Counted from the whole stretch's first letter, positions 13,301-27,004 are shown. The stretch is 58,525 nt of DNA, filler included, from Sphacelaria rigidula (GCA_964200075.2; 6 parts of 6 records of this genome joined end to end with filler, not necessarily neighbours in it), one strand, 5' to 3'. The notes: generated by a model not told the origin, from the sequence alone. Program-made: numbers and translations.

Positions 13301-16300
13301 GCGGCCGCACCACTGGTGCCCTGTCGACCTATGCCGGATTCGTGCCGAAGACTCCCGACGGTGATGCTGACAAGAGTGCAAACTCCGCCGAAGATGCACG
13401 CGCCAGCGCTGACGACGAAGGCAAGCAGAAGAAACCCTACCGTGGGTGGAGGAGAATGATGAGTCTCGGGTCTGGGACGGACGTGGCGAAGAGGTACGCC
13501 GTTAACGCAAAGGATGGATACGACGGCGCGGCCGACACCAGCAGCAGCGGTGCTGACTCCCGCCAGCGGTCAGACGCGCCCAGGTATGTTGTATTGTATT
13601 ATGTGTCCTTGGCATCTGGGAGAGTCGTGGTGGTGTGTCGGCGGCGTCTTTGTTGATGATACGCTGCCAGGGAGATCGTGGTCAAGCAAAACCTGGAGAA
13701 GTAATGCACTATTCCTGCCCTTCGCTCTTTGGAGTTTGATGTACATGTATTACTGCTTGAACCGCATCGGCAAATGGCGAGTGGAAGTGTGATGCCAAAC
13801 CAAATGAACTACCGCGTGTCCTAGGTGTGCCTTCAAAGATCTAGTACTCTGCCGCGATTTTTTCTTGTCGAAACCTGGGGAATTTTTTTTTTACGGAAAA
13901 TGGTACAGTGAACCAAACCATCGCTTTGTCTACATGTTTTGTCAACGTTTCACGCACGTTGGTCGTGAGCAGGAGTAGGTCCCTTACTCGAACCAAGTCG
14001 GAACGCTGGCCAACCAGGAAGAAGACAACATTCCCGAAGGATGTCATCGACGCGGATGAGGCATCGGCCTCGGCGGCCGCGGATTCGACATCCGACGACA
14101 AAGCTTCCGTCCCCGGCCCGAACGCCAAGCCGGCCGCCGATGAGAAACTACAGGCAGTACAAAAGAAGTCGTCCAGGTCGCTCCCTGACTTTGGTGCTTC
14201 CGCCAAGAGCAGCAAGTCTACCCCAGCCGCCGGTGCCCCTGCCGCCGAGGTGGACACCTATCCGTCTCCTGTCGGGCCTTACGCGAAGCCCTCCATGAAC
14301 CTGGGTGAAGAACGGAAGGCCACCCCCACGGAGTCGGAAGGGTCAGGATTTTCACGGCCCGGGAAGGAAGGGGAATCATCCTCGGGGAAATTGGCAACAT
14401 CATCCTCAGGCAGATCCTCCGGGAGCGGCAAAATCGCTGCGGGCTGGGCGGCGGCGGCAGCCGCAGCAGTTGGCCTGGGTTCCTCGAGGAACAAGACCGC
14501 TACCGACAGGTCGAAGACATCGGAAATTGGCGACGGTGGTGACGGGACTGCCCCGAGTTCGGGCGATATGAAGAGGTCGTTGACGAAGCAGACGTCGTTT
14601 GCGTCCACCGTCGTTAACGATACTGTGGCGCCATCCCCGCCGGCGCCGGCGCCGGCGCTCGTGAAGCCCGGCAGCGTGAAGGAGCGCGTGGCGTCGATGA
14701 ACGAGAAAATCAGCGGTGGGGTCGCAGGCGGCAGTCCCAACGCTGGCGTTACCGTCGGCAGCGCAGAGGCTGGCGGAGGCGGCGCTAGCTTCGACCTCGT
14801 GGTCGACGGCACCCGGGGCGCGGTAGACGTTAGCGACATCGGGATCCGAGGAGGGGGAGTTCATGCTCCGGTCACCGGCGATTCCGGAACGAAAGACGTC
14901 GGAGTGCTGCGCGACCTTGACGTGTCCGGCCTCGACACGAACTCCACCGTGCCGACGACCACCGCGACTCCATTCATCACCAGCAAGAACACCTCTATGA
15001 ATACGCCCCTTGGAGGTGTGGTCGGCTTCTCGCCCACGCCAGATGCCGCCGTGCCGGGCGGGGATGGTCCTGTTGAAGTTAGGGCCGACCAGGCCCCCAT
15101 GGTCGACAAACGCGAGAACAGCGCTGCCGCTGATGTGGAGACATCTGATGCCTCAGGGGTACCATCGATCGCCCCTGCCGTAGCCGGCTCAGGCACAGGA
15201 ACAACAAAGGAAGCGACACAACCAACACCAGTTGTCACGGAAGGGTACGAGGGAGACGAGAGCGGCAGCCAAGGCAACGGCAGCGGTACCGTGAGCAGCT
15301 CGGGTAGCAACATTGACCCGGCGGTGGCGCAGGCTAAGGTATTCCTTCGCCTCTGCGGTGCGCGAGTTGCGGGGAGCGCTGGCGGGTCGGTTGAGGCCGA
15401 GGGCGGGGACGCCGGAGGCGGGGGCGAGGAGCCTACGCTATCGTTTGAGCAGGTCGGTGAAGTACTCCGAGCTGTGGAATTTGAGTCGTAGTGCGGCCCT
15501 GAACGGTGACGCAGAGGTGACAGTCTTTTTGCATGCACCCACTATTCCCCAGACTTTCGAGGCTACATGCCTGTTGGCGGAGCCTTCCATCACACGTGAT
15601 CAAAGGACGGAGTACATACACATGATGAATATAATCAGAAGTGCGCGCGAGGGGAAACGGGGTTTATGGATGTAATACGGCTGATAGCGTACATTGTCGC
15701 AGCGATACACCTCTCCCCATCCGTCGGCTAGTCGCTTCATACTTCCGAATATTTACGTGAGTAAAACCGTGTTCGTGTTGCCATATCAATCTCATCCGCC
15801 CAACGAATCGTATTTGTAGTGATTCGCGCGCGTTTTGCCTCGTCATATCTCGTTTATCAACTCGCGTTTTCTCTTGTATGGCGTTTGTGTACCGCTGTTG
15901 TGCCATGGTCCAGCTGATGGCGTGGGACGAAGTGCAAGAGCTTATCGATTACGGCGCTCTGAAGGAGAGCGAAGTCAAGACCGTTTGGACCGTGAGTAGT
16001 TTTCTGTTTGTCCAATCGGTTTTGATTTTCAAGGCGACCTCTACCTCGACCTTCAAGCAGCTGGGTTCGTCTGTCTTCCTTGATCGTCCACTTGGATAGA
16101 ATGTCGCGGCCACTGCCGCATCTAGCGTTTGTAACGCAACGAGTCAGATGCCCAGTACAGCACTGCGCAGATACCGGAACGACTTTTTGATGTGAAGACA
16201 ACAACAACAACGCAACTAACCAAGCGATGCGAAATATGCACCCGCCTCCCCACCCCCCTCCCACCCGCCGTCACCCTTTCTCCCAACACACGAAACACCC

Positions 16301-16585
16301 CTACAGGAGGCCCTGCGGTCTCAGGACGAGAGAACCATCGCGTCGACAGCCAAGGCGCACGGAGACATTTGGACCTCGCCAACGCCTTCGTTGAGTGAAA
16401 CCAAAGAGGAGAGTAAAGCGGGTGACGCGATGTCGCGCCACAGGCGAGGGGGTGAGCCTAGCGCGGCTTTGACCCAGCGAGGCTTCTCGATGCTTGTTAA
16501 GCTGATCGAGGAATTGCAGTTCGAGAAGGAGCTGGAACAGGAGAGGGGGGTGGGATTGGTGCCTGGACCTGTCTGCGTAGTGTAA
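10339..16585 (+). CDS. Multi-exon gene, ~1400 aa: N-terminal PH domain, long G/M/P- and A/S/T-rich disordered region, C-terminal EF-hand-like module. Exons 10339-10396 (ATG at 10367), 10583-10801, 11181-12213, 12467-13583, 13973-15452, 15914-15991, 16307-16585
   Basis: All six introns are GT..AG with matching phases (0,0,1,2,0,0), giving one open frame to TAA at 16583. PH signature WKLLYLL...LYLVASDAADGQAWFDALERA. The true start may lie in an unseen upstream exon. Confidence 0.85.
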
Positions 16586-17337
16586 ATAATTCTTTCATCC
16601 CAAGGATACGCCTGGTGACTTGGGGAGCGAAGAGAGGAAGAGATGGGAGGCGCGAGAGGGTGTCGGGCGGTGGGCGAATCATATTAAAAGTGATGTTTTG
16701 GTCGAGGAAATGTGGAGTGCTTTTTGAGGGTTTTGTCTTTTTGTTGTCCTTGGTTGAGGTGTTGCGAGTATATGTTTCTTGTGTGTGTAATGTCTTTTTT
16801 TGGTTTCTTGCTGTTTGTCGCTGGGCTAGTGTGTTGTGTTTTTTTATGAGTGTTGTGGGTACTTGAGTTTTTTTTGGTTGCTTTGGTTCGGGTACACATT
16901 TTTTCGGCTTTGCATTCTTGTCTGCAAGGTCGATAGGGAGGGTGGGGAGGTGGGGGTGAGGGGAAGAAAATACATGCGAGAGAGCGACCACCTATGGGGC
17001 AGTTTGTCTTTTTGATTCACCGTTGAGGAACCAACCGGCTTCTTCGAATTTCCTGATTATAGTCACGGTACCCCTGGTGGCCCCCCTACCCTTCACCACC
17101 AGTGTTTGTCTAGATGTTGTCTAAACAGTATGGGGTTCGAGAAAGGGGTTATTAAGCCTCATGAGTATGGAAAGTGGATACACGTCAGAATTTTCCATCA
17201 AGGTCAGCCGCGAGTCACACGAGTTGTCCAGCGGAGCAAAGAGATGCCAGTCGAGAGGCGGGGGCAGGAAGAAACGTAAACTTCGCCGATTGGATACACA
17301 CGCCTGCCCGTTCCTGGCATCTTATCAACCGAGGATG

Positions 17338-17338
<1 letters not shown>

Positions 17339-17388
<50 letters not shown>
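17339..17388. repeat. Poly-C homopolymer (~50 nt)
   Basis: Direct reading; length may be an assembly artefact. Confidence 0.9.
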
Positions 17389-18894
17389 TTCCAGTGAGCA
17401 CAGAAACTAACATTTATGAAGGACGAGTATTTTCCTAAACGACTACGGTTGGGTTTGAAGGGAGAGAAGCCCGGAGAAGGTCGGTTTACTAGCTCGGCGC
17501 GACCGAATTGGGTGTGTCGAGTGTTTTGTGTTTCCCCCCATGAGAGTCGGGCGTGTTGTTTATTTTGTTTCGAGGGAGGGATTGTGTGTGTTTGTGTTGT
17601 ACTACAGTCCCCAAGAAGAGCGGGTGCTCGCTGCGAAGGGGAGGTACTCCGATGAGGTCCAAGCTGTACGTAAATAAACGATCTTGAAAGTGTGTCATTG
17701 TGCATGTGGGTCTGTTTTAATGAGCGTTTTGTTTCAAGTGTTTTGGAGCCACGAGAATTGTGATTTCGGCTCCATGCGGTGCGTTCATCTAAATCCAACA
17801 TAGCCGCTGTGCCCCGGCGGTGTTCGTCGAGTTGTGCATGTGTAGGTAACCCGAGGGTACCTGTTATCTACCATAGGTCGGTAAGGCAGGACTGGCCGGC
17901 GTGGATATTTATGGGGAAACACACGCGTCGAGGGTTTTGTTGGATCGAACATACAGTACGATTTGAGTCGTTCAAATTGGCAAGGTTGAGAATTAGGGTG
18001 GCTTGGTAAACGGGTGAACAGTGAGGGTTTCCGTGGGTTTTTGTATACCCGTGGTTATATGGTGGTTTCTTTTTTTGTGTGTTTTCGTAGAGAGTTGGAT
18101 GTTGGGCTCATTTCCATTTCTCGGTGCTTGTAGGAGTAGTAACTGTCAAGCGAGAAGAACGCTCAACAGGAGGGGAAATTCGAGTGGGTTGTACTGCATA
18201 TTGCGGGATTGCAGTGTCGGGTGGAAAGGAAGCCGGCTTTCTGTGCAAGCAATGTTGCTTCGAACGTCTTGAAGATGATGGGAACTGGTTGATATTGTCA
18301 TTGTTTTCACCGGTATTTATTTATTTTGTTGTGTTCAAGAAATGACAATGTAATATATTGTTTTTTCTTCTCACCTTTTGGTGTGTGCTCATGTTGCTTT
18401 GGCTGATTGATTGGGTGCTTTTGTCGTGGAATGCAACATCAAGGAGTACTGGGCGGGTGACAGTTCCGTTGTCTGCAATGTTCCCTCTCGGGCCGTTTCC
18501 GTTGGTCGATGGGATCGTGCGTGCGTGCGTATCTTTTCTAGGATACGTGGTGGTCTCTGTGTGACGTCGGTCGAAACACGAGGTTATTTTATTGTTTGGA
18601 TCCCTGCAAACTTACATGTGAGTATCGTGCGTGTCGTGGTGGGTGCGTTGTTGTAGAGTGTTTGGAGGGTCGATTTTGTTTAGTTTTGAAGAAGTTGGTG
18701 ATGATATTTTGATGATACCATCCGTACAGTAGTTGTTTTGTGTTGTCACCCCATTTAATCTGGGCCCGAGTTCACACCTGAGGAAGGTCAAAACAGGTGT
18801 TTTTACTATTTTATCTTTTTCAAGTGCTGTACCTCGCTCCTTCTGTGGTGCTCGTGTTCTTCATCTCGAGAAGGGTTCAGCTACATACTGCTTC

Positions 18895-19190
18895 GACGGT
18901 AGGGGTGCCCTATTTCCCCTCTTGAGGCTCTACACTTCATTAGCGTCTCAATGGCGAACATCTGGGCATTGAGCGTGCCGCATCAGAGAACGTGCACACT
19001 AACAAGATGCAACCCTATGGTATAATCACTCAATGAGCATATTTTTCTCGTCGATCACGACATACGTGACCGCTCTCCACTGTTGGGCAGTGAGAGAATC
19101 CCACATCGTGTGACTTCACCGACATTTGAACCCACTTCCCGATCTTCAGAAGGTTTCAAGGCTACTAACTGAGCCACCCGGTCGACCGGC
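18895..19190 (-). mobile_element. tRNA-derived SINE
   Basis: Minus strand starts GCCGGTCGACCGGGTGGCTCAGTTAGTAG (A-box) and has a B-box-like GGGTTCAAAT ~45 nt later, then continues as a non-tRNA body. Second copy at 9644; 3' end approximate. Confidence 0.75.
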
Positions 19191-19443
19191 ATACGTCTAG
19201 CTTTATGATTTCCCGTCTATGGAGAAGAACATTTCTCTTCGGAATCATGCACGCCTTGGACACTGTATCAGTGTTGTTCCTTTTCAATATTATGGAGGCG
19301 GTATTTTTGGAGATTGGGCGCCCCAACACAGTACCCCAGGCGTCGGATGATACTGAAACTTGACGTATGTGTGGACGGAAGCCGTAGGTAGGTGTTGATG
19401 CAATAGTTTCGGTGAACCAGGGCGGTTTGTGCGCTGCGTGGCT

Positions 19444-19543
19444 NNNNNNNNNNNNNNNNNNNNNNNNNNNNNNNNNNNNNNNNNNNNTTAATTAATTAAN
19501 NNNNNNNNNNNNNNNNNNNNNNNNNNNNNNNNNNNNNNNNNNN
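19444..19543. other. Artificial contig linker
   Basis: N44-TTAATTAATTAA-N44. Confidence 0.99.
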
Positions 19544-19750
19544 TCACCATATTTTTGGTACTCTGGAGGGATTCAGACCTCAGAAGTCACTGGACCATCA
19601 GATGCCCTCCAGAGGATTCGTTTCATGACCGGAACCGAGTATGAAATACCCTCTATGGGGTACTTGTATCCTCAGGAGAGTCACTTTACCCTCGAGAGAA
19701 TGAAAATCGCTACAGAGGATTATGAGGGGTTAGCCGAATGGCCGCGTGTG
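19544..19750. mobile_element. Right end of a CACTA/CMC-like non-autonomous element (same family as 27965-28289)
   Basis: Ends TAGCCGAATGGCCGCGTGTG (one mismatch to the TIR at 28270-28289), preceded by CCTC..GAGG-type subterminal repeats. Confidence 0.75.
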
Positions 19751-20226
19751 AGGTGGCCATTCGGACTTCAGGGGGTGGCACTTGGCTTCCCAACTCGACG
19801 CGCGAGGCGAAGTAGAAGTGAACATGACGAACATGGCGTGACCTTGCTCAAGTCTGTTCAGAATTCGTTGAGAAATGATGATTGGTGTGAGACACGCGCA
19901 GGGGCGCAGCGGTGTCACACAAAACGTACCATCCTGGGCCCAGTTCTAGGAGTTTTGGGCTGAATTTTCACCAGGATCCCCTGCACAAAGGTACGCAGAA
20001 TATTTTTGGGGATGCCGCCGTTTTTCGTTTTTTTCCCAGAGTCATGGCATGTCCCCAGTTTTTGCTCAAATTTCACATGACTACAGGTGTACATGCTGCC
20101 CGGAGTTTTGCCATGGGGTACGTGCGTTCATACTTTGTACATTCTTTGTAAAGTGGTTTACTGTACTGTATATGCTGGTACACACGTCGACATTTTCCTG
20201 TCGCCGACATGAAGCGGTACCTCGTG

Positions 20227-20308
20227 GAGGATCGGCACAGGGTCTCTATACCTTGTAAGGGTCGCCACAGGGGTCTATACCTTGTAGAGGATCGGCATAG
20301 GGTCTCTA
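20227..20308. repeat. ~30-bp tandem repeat x3
   Basis: GAGGATCGGCACAGGGTCTCTATACCTTGTA and variants. Confidence 0.85.
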
Positions 20309-22212
20309 ACTTGAGACAGTATTCCCAAGGTGCAGCACAGTGTCTACATGTAAAGCCAGAGCCAGCGGGGTAATGCTGAAATCTATGACATTCACGTACA
20401 AACTGATCTCCTACTATCGTGCTTTCGCTGTCTGACTTCTTTCGAGACAGAGCTGGCTCACCTCGAGCATGTTGGATCTTGCGGGTATGGTTTATCACAC
20501 CAACGGCAATTCCTTTGTTACGGTCTATTACACTATACCAGGTGAAAAAAAAGGTCGTGTGCGCATCATCGCGAGCGCTGATTTTTTTGCCTGGATCACG
20601 CGCAGTGCAGTTTTCGTAGAGCGTTCTGTGCAGCTTCGCACATTAAATTTTCCGTCAGAGGAAGGAAAAGACCTCTGGCGATGTTCTTGCCGGTAGGCGA
20701 AAAAATGGGGATCCTTTCTGCGCTGTTTTGCGTATTTTGACCGGGAAATACTCTAATTTTGGCGTTCGGCAGCCGCGACGCGGATGGCGCTCTATGGAGC
20801 CCTTGCACGCAAATCGCCTCTTGCTCTCGTCAGCGGTGGCGCAGATGGAGCCTCCGCGACTTTTCCAACCCTCGCCGGTACTGCGTCTGTTGGTGGTAGT
20901 GGTGCCTCTGCTGCACCACATCATACCTCTACACAATAATAAACGCGCTGTTCACCGGCGGCTGAAAACGACGATATAAATCGATCGGCCTGTCGTGGCT
21001 CTCCTCAGCCCACGGCACTCTGCTGTACAGGCTGGATCACGCAAAAGACCCAACATTCTGTCATCAGCAAATGCCTTTTGCAATGCGCACCCAGTAATCG
21101 CATATATGACATCATACTGACCGCAATGAACGGACGAAGCGAGTGACATAGCAGGACTTTTGTTCAAGACTAAAGCGGTGGCGCTATGGACAAAAATATG
21201 GCTCGACCAATCAGCGCCTTTCAAATTGTTAGGAAGTGAAAACACGAGTTCCAAGCCCAGTTTTCACCGAATCTGGACATATGCTTTAAATCGTAGTGAC
21301 CGTCATCACCTCAGGAATCTGACGGGAGAAACATATTTTCAAACGGTTCCAAAGGGGTTGAATTATACTCGAAACCGTAATGTTTCGTTGATGTGGAGTT
21401 TTGGCGTCGTCTCATTCCTCTCATGATACGTACACAAGACTCCGGGAGCCTCGTAAAGATTTCCCTTATATCTACTGTAGAAAATCTCAGATCATGCTCA
21501 AACTTGGTAGTTCCGTAGGTATTGATGCTTTGAATAGAAAAAAAATGTGTTCTTGGCACGATTTCCAAGTTTCTTTGTCCTCTACCGGCTTCCGGGGATT
21601 CCAGTACAAAGACCCCCGGAAGGCAGTACAGAATGACTCCTCAACAAAATAAAGAATAACATGATGCGTCCCGGGATAGTTAGAGGAACATATGTACAAA
21701 GTATGGTGGAAAAAGTGTCGAACATTTCATACAGTTTTTCTTGCCTTGACGTAAAATTCACCAAAAAATGACGTTTTCATACTAGAACCAAGTGGTTGAG
21801 AGTTTGCATGTTTTAAGCTCACCCCCTCGCACGAACGCGCAAACCTTCACACCTGAATCTTTGCACAAATTTGCTATGAATCATTACGCAAGTTTCGATC
21901 GACGAGGTTGTTTGTACTCCTTGAATGTTTTACCGTTTTTCGGGGGCCCGACGGGATTCAAGGCGTTTTTCGAAGTCGTCCATTGTGGGACCCCGGAAAA
22001 CCGACAACGACATTTTTGCCATTTTTTCCGTAAACGCCCTGCCGCCACAAAACCCAAGGAAGGGCCCCACAAAGTTTGGTAGCTAAGCTCGATAAGCGGA
22101 TGCTTGACTTTCGTGTTTACGTCAAAGAAGGCCCCAAAAAAGTATTTAATCTTTTATCTAGTAGTTTGCGATTTCACCGTGGCACGGCAAGGTACATCGC
22201 ACAAACGAGAAA

Positions 22213-22495
22213 AACTTCACGCCGTTTCAATGAGTTAAACCCTGAAATTTTGCACAGGTGTTCTATGGACCGTTACGCAACTTTCGATGAACAAGGTGTT
22301 TCGATTTGTTTCGTTTTTACCGTTTTACAGGCGTCCGAACAGATCGAAGTTTCCCGCAGAAAACTAGGACCCCCGAAAATCGGTGAAAAGCGTGGAATAG
22401 TAAAAAAACCTCGACCTTGGAAAGTTGCGTAATGAACCATAGAACACTTGTGCAAACTTTCAGGGTGTAACTCATTGAAACGGCATGAAGGTTTG
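22213..22495. repeat. Inverted repeat (~75-bp arms, ~135-bp spacer), with a further direct copy at ~21845-21905
   Basis: 22213-22286 is the approximate reverse complement of 22420-22495. Confidence 0.8.
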
Positions 22496-24891
22496 CCGAT
22501 GAGTGTTTTTCGGGTATTTTCCATGAACCAGCTTGTACGCCGACTCTGTACCTGCTCAGTGCTCCACAACCAGCACTGCTGACGGTGCAATGCGCAGCTA
22601 TCTTAGCAGCACAAGAGGGACCAGGGAGGGCGCTAAGAGCACCCACAGCTTAAAACAACCTCCTTTGCTTGCACTTCTCTATGTTTGAGTGCAAATTGTC
22701 AAACACGGAAACACCGCAAAAAAGGAATCTGTTGTGGAATAAAGTGACCAAATTGACCCACCAGCACCATCAAAATCGTCACTTCCTTCGGTTTGAGCTT
22801 CCGCCTTTGCGTCAATCTTTCCTGCGGAGAGTTCCAAACACGCATGGTTAGAATAATACTCAAGTGTGCGGGCGCGCCTATTATTGTCGCTGACTTCCTT
22901 GCTTGCTGTACAGGTTCAATGTCACGCCCTCGCCGGCCACAGGTCTTATAGGTATGGAGGAAAATGTGTTGCTGAGCACGTTCTTTCACTGCCTGGGGTT
23001 CTTGCAGCTGGCTAGTCAAAGGTACAGTGTCATATGTTTTTTTCAATCCCCCTTGCGATTTTGTGGAGAATTACGTCTCTGAACATCGGTTGTTACTGTT
23101 TTTCACGTGACTTCTCAACTACACGTCCAATCACAAGCGCTCACAAGGAGCACTTATGGCTCAAACGAAAGAGGGTCGAGTTTCTACTGTATACCACTGA
23201 TACCCCACGATGCAAACGTGTCGTGTTCAATCTCTACCCCCGCACCCCGATTATGTTCTTTCAATCCTATAGCACCATCAGGAAATTCTTGGTTCAAAGC
23301 ATTTTCGCACCACCGCCGCAAGCCGCTACTCATGTTGGAGACCCCAACGACGAGTGTGTGCGACCAAAATGCACCGGGTCCAGTCTAGCGAGAGAGAACG
23401 CTCGTATGGAGGCCGATAGAGTGTCCTTCCACGCTGCTGCCTCTGTGTTCTGGTGTGCCGTCGCACTGGGAGGCCTGGTCCAAGGTCGTTCACCAAAATC
23501 GGTGAGCCGTCGGCGAAAGATGAGCACAGTACATGAGTGATGAAAACTCCACCCCCCCCGCCTCTTGGATCCAGTAAACGGCAATGCAACATCATACCGT
23601 GAACCAACGCTCATTTTCTGGGAGCAATACGCCGTCGCGATTCGTGCCACGAAAATTAATTGTCGTGATTTACTCGGAGTGCTCTGTGGCATGCATGCCC
23701 GTCCCCTAGAAAGTGGGATCACGTATTTACTGACCGATCCTCTCGAGAGGCAATGCTGCAATTCGTCTTCCTTACAGCCTGGACGTTGTGGTGTTGGTGG
23801 GTGAATCGACAGCTATTCCGCTCTTTCCGTCGTGATCTACTGTACTGACTGTGTGTACGCTCTATCTCCTGCATCACGCGTGGCGGTGAAGACGGCACGG
23901 TTTACCAGGCGCGCAAACGATTCTCTACAGGAGTGCTTAGGCGGGAGAACCGCGGCAGTTGCCAGGTCTGAACTTTCTTCTAGATTTCGAAAATAGTGCC
24001 TGGTTTGGTGGGAGAGCAGATGTGAACTCACTTTTGAGGTGGGAAGGCGTCAGCCCCAGCTTCAGTAGCAGCCCTCGTCCTCCGATAAGAACTCCATTAC
24101 AGAAGTTTACTCAAGCCCCTAGATATAAATTCCTAGCTGACACGTGCGAGCTGGGTTGGCCTACAATAGACGCGGATACGCGGATAAGCTCTCAAAACAA
24201 TATCTCATCGACACAGACGATTGGGCCGTGATCGGCATATCGACATTAATCGTCTGATCATGGGGAAGGTGCCCATGTGCTCAAAAGTCTAGGCCATTTT
24301 TTTTTCATTGATGAAATCCCATGTCAAGTAATTCCTACGAGTATACCGTACGGACATAGCGTCCATACTAAATTCTATGTGAAACCCCGAACGATACATG
24401 CAGCGGATGAGGATGCTTTTTGGTGTGGATATTCCCTGGAGCACGGGCAGTATCCTCGCTTTTGCCTAGTTCGTTATCTGTCTTGAAATATCGTGCCCAT
24501 AAGGTTCTATACCACAATCAACACATTTCGAGCAGAGGCACTGAATGCACTATATCTGGATATTTCGTCTCATTCTTTGAGAGTTGTGCTTGAAGATTTT
24601 ATTCGGAGAATCGCTAGTTCACAATGAAAAACATATATGGTTTTGGTTTGTTTGCTTTTTCTAGGGGAGTTATACGGGAAAAATGAATAATGCTCTCGGA
24701 CCGCTCATTAGTTTTTCAGCTCAATTCAAGTATTGGAATTTGAAACTTATCATGGAGAATCGCTAAGGCATGCCGAAGACAAACAAAATGGGCCTTTCAG
24801 TTCTTCTTTTTGAAGAGGTATGGGCGTTCTCGTGAAAATACGGTGTTTGCTATACCAAAACGTCCCAAACAAGTGAAAAAATATAAACATA

Positions 24892-25018
24892 CAAGGTTCC
24901 CCTTCGGGAGGTTGGTACGGGCCTCCCGGGGTGGCGCAAGTCGAAAATATATGGTTGAGAGAACAGGCTGTTGTATCTCAGTGTACAGTGTAGTGATCGT
25001 GGCTGTACAAAACATCGC
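24892..25018 (-). mobile_element. Dispersed repeat with Helitron-like 3' end, copy 1
   Basis: Near-identical to 25806-25928; minus strand ends GGGAGG-cccgtaccaa-CCTCCC hairpin, 10 nt, CTTG|T. Confidence 0.55.
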
Positions 25019-25805
25019 ATGTGTTATCGGATATCGTTCGGAAAATATGGGAATTCGGACGGAGGCCGACGGCGGGACCGCCGGCGGAGGACATGTATGT
25101 GTGGTATTTCTGAGGTGCCAGAGTGCGAAGTAGCTCTCGTGCCACAAAAGCATGACAGCGGGAGGCACTCCCAAAAAATTGGAACGCGTGGGACATCCTT
25201 GGCATGTTCATTGTACATCACTGTTATGGCTTCCACATCACCGGGCCTTTTTTTATGACGGGGTAATTGTTTTTGCGGCAAAACATTCCCGTGCTGCCGT
25301 GCTGCTGTGCCTTGTTCAACTCGCCAACGACCCATTGCACGGTCTTGTGTTTGCTGCTGACTAAGGCCAAGGCAATGTTCAATTGTTTTGAGCTGCTTTG
25401 CTCTCATGTTCTCGTGACATTGACAGCATACCCAGTGTGGTCGTGCTCCCAAATGAACAAGAACGCGACAAAGAGAAACACGAGGGAGAAATTATACCCC
25501 GCCAAAAGTTATTCTGTCTGAAGATCTTGAAGAGGCTTTTTATTGTGGTTCAGGTTCTTGTTTCAAGTTTTACATGATCTTGAAAAGGCTTTCGTGGTTC
25601 GGGATCGACACCCCGCGAAAAGGGCGAGTTTGAGCGACTTTCAGTGGCCAGAAAACGCGCTACAGGTATCAGGTGACAGCTAAACCTGAACGTTGATGTA
25701 CCGCTGAGCCTTCTCAGTGCGCTGCAAAAGAAGGCGCGGGAAAATGCATTTCCGCCAGAGAAAACTCGGCAAAAGTGATGAAAATCTTGAAATTTTATAT
25801 ATATA

Positions 25806-25928
25806 CAAGGTTCCCCTTCGGGAGGTTGGTACGGGCCTCCCGGGGGTGACGCAAGTCGAAAATATATGGTTAAGATAGGCTGTTGTATCTCCATGTGTAG
25901 TAGTGATCGTGGCTATACAAAACATCGG
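25806..25928 (-). mobile_element. Dispersed repeat with Helitron-like 3' end, copy 2
   Basis: As copy 1; homology ends within a few bases of CTTG|T. Confidence 0.55.
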
Positions 25929-26369
25929 ATGGTGGCTCCGGATAAGGTTGACCAACTTGAGTAACACGAATGGAAGATCGTACAATCGTTGGGCCGCAAT
26001 AATTTCGACATGTGTGGCATATGCGTAGCTGCTCATCAGCTGTGCTCGTTGTGCGTGACCTTGCCAAATCTGTTCACAACCTATATTGGGAAATGATGAA
26101 TTTTGTGAGGTCGCTTCTCATAGACTGACAAAAGTCTCTGAGATAAGTCATTCCGGACTACTTTTCTCAGAGACATTTCAGTGAAATCAGTTTTCAAAAC
26201 CCCACCTTTTAGCTTGTACAAAAACCTGGGGATTTGTACACACGAGGCCATCAAGCCCGCGTGAAGACGGTGGTATATTATCGTGGTCATCATTTGCATT
26301 TTGTGCTCGTCCCAACTGCGGTGAACTAATACGTAAATAATCCCGTCGAGGTACAGGATAGATGGGATG

Positions 26370-26372
<3 letters not shown>

Positions 26373-26424
<52 letters not shown>

Positions 26425-26442
26425 GCACGCACGCACACGCAC
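26373..26442. repeat. (AC)n followed by (GCAC)n microsatellite
   Basis: Direct reading. Confidence 0.95.
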
Positions 26443-27004
26443 AGTAGCTAGAGGTATTCAAATAATCGAAATGACAGGCGTATCAACACTTATTTCAGCC
26501 AACCGCCGCTTGGTACAGTTGTAGTGTTGCAAGCGGTGCAGTGTGTGCAGCATACGGTTTGTGCCATAACGCACACAACATACTCACGTGACAGTCAGTA
26601 GTGCGGTAGCAACCGTCTCAATACACAGAATATTACAGAGTTCGAAATCGGTGGCGGGCACGAGTATGACACGATACGAGCAGTCAACACAGCCAGCATG
26701 AGCGCCATCGTGCTATTTTAGAATGGGAAAGCTGTCGACGAAAAAAGCACTGTACTGTAATGTCTGTCCCCACGGTACTGTACATACAACATGCACGACT
26801 ACTTTTGGACTGACTGTACTACACTTGTAGGGGAGGAGTGTGTGACGGAGCGTCAATTCCCAGACAGAAAAACGTCTCTGCGAATCGATGGCTTTTGCCA
26901 GAGGGATTTGGAAAAATCTCGTTGTCTGGGGATTTATATGTTTCCAGAGATTCGCTCCTCTCATCATGACATGGGTGTGGAATATTTGTTATCAGAGGTG
27001 TCCC

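Noticed and set aside
19110-19190. tRNA gene on the minus strand
   Set aside because: A and B boxes are present but no convincing cloverleaf or acceptor stem; it continues into a repeat body and recurs at 9644, so it is called a SINE.
20227-20308. 30-bp repeats as a mini CRISPR array
   Set aside because: Head-to-tail units without spacers.
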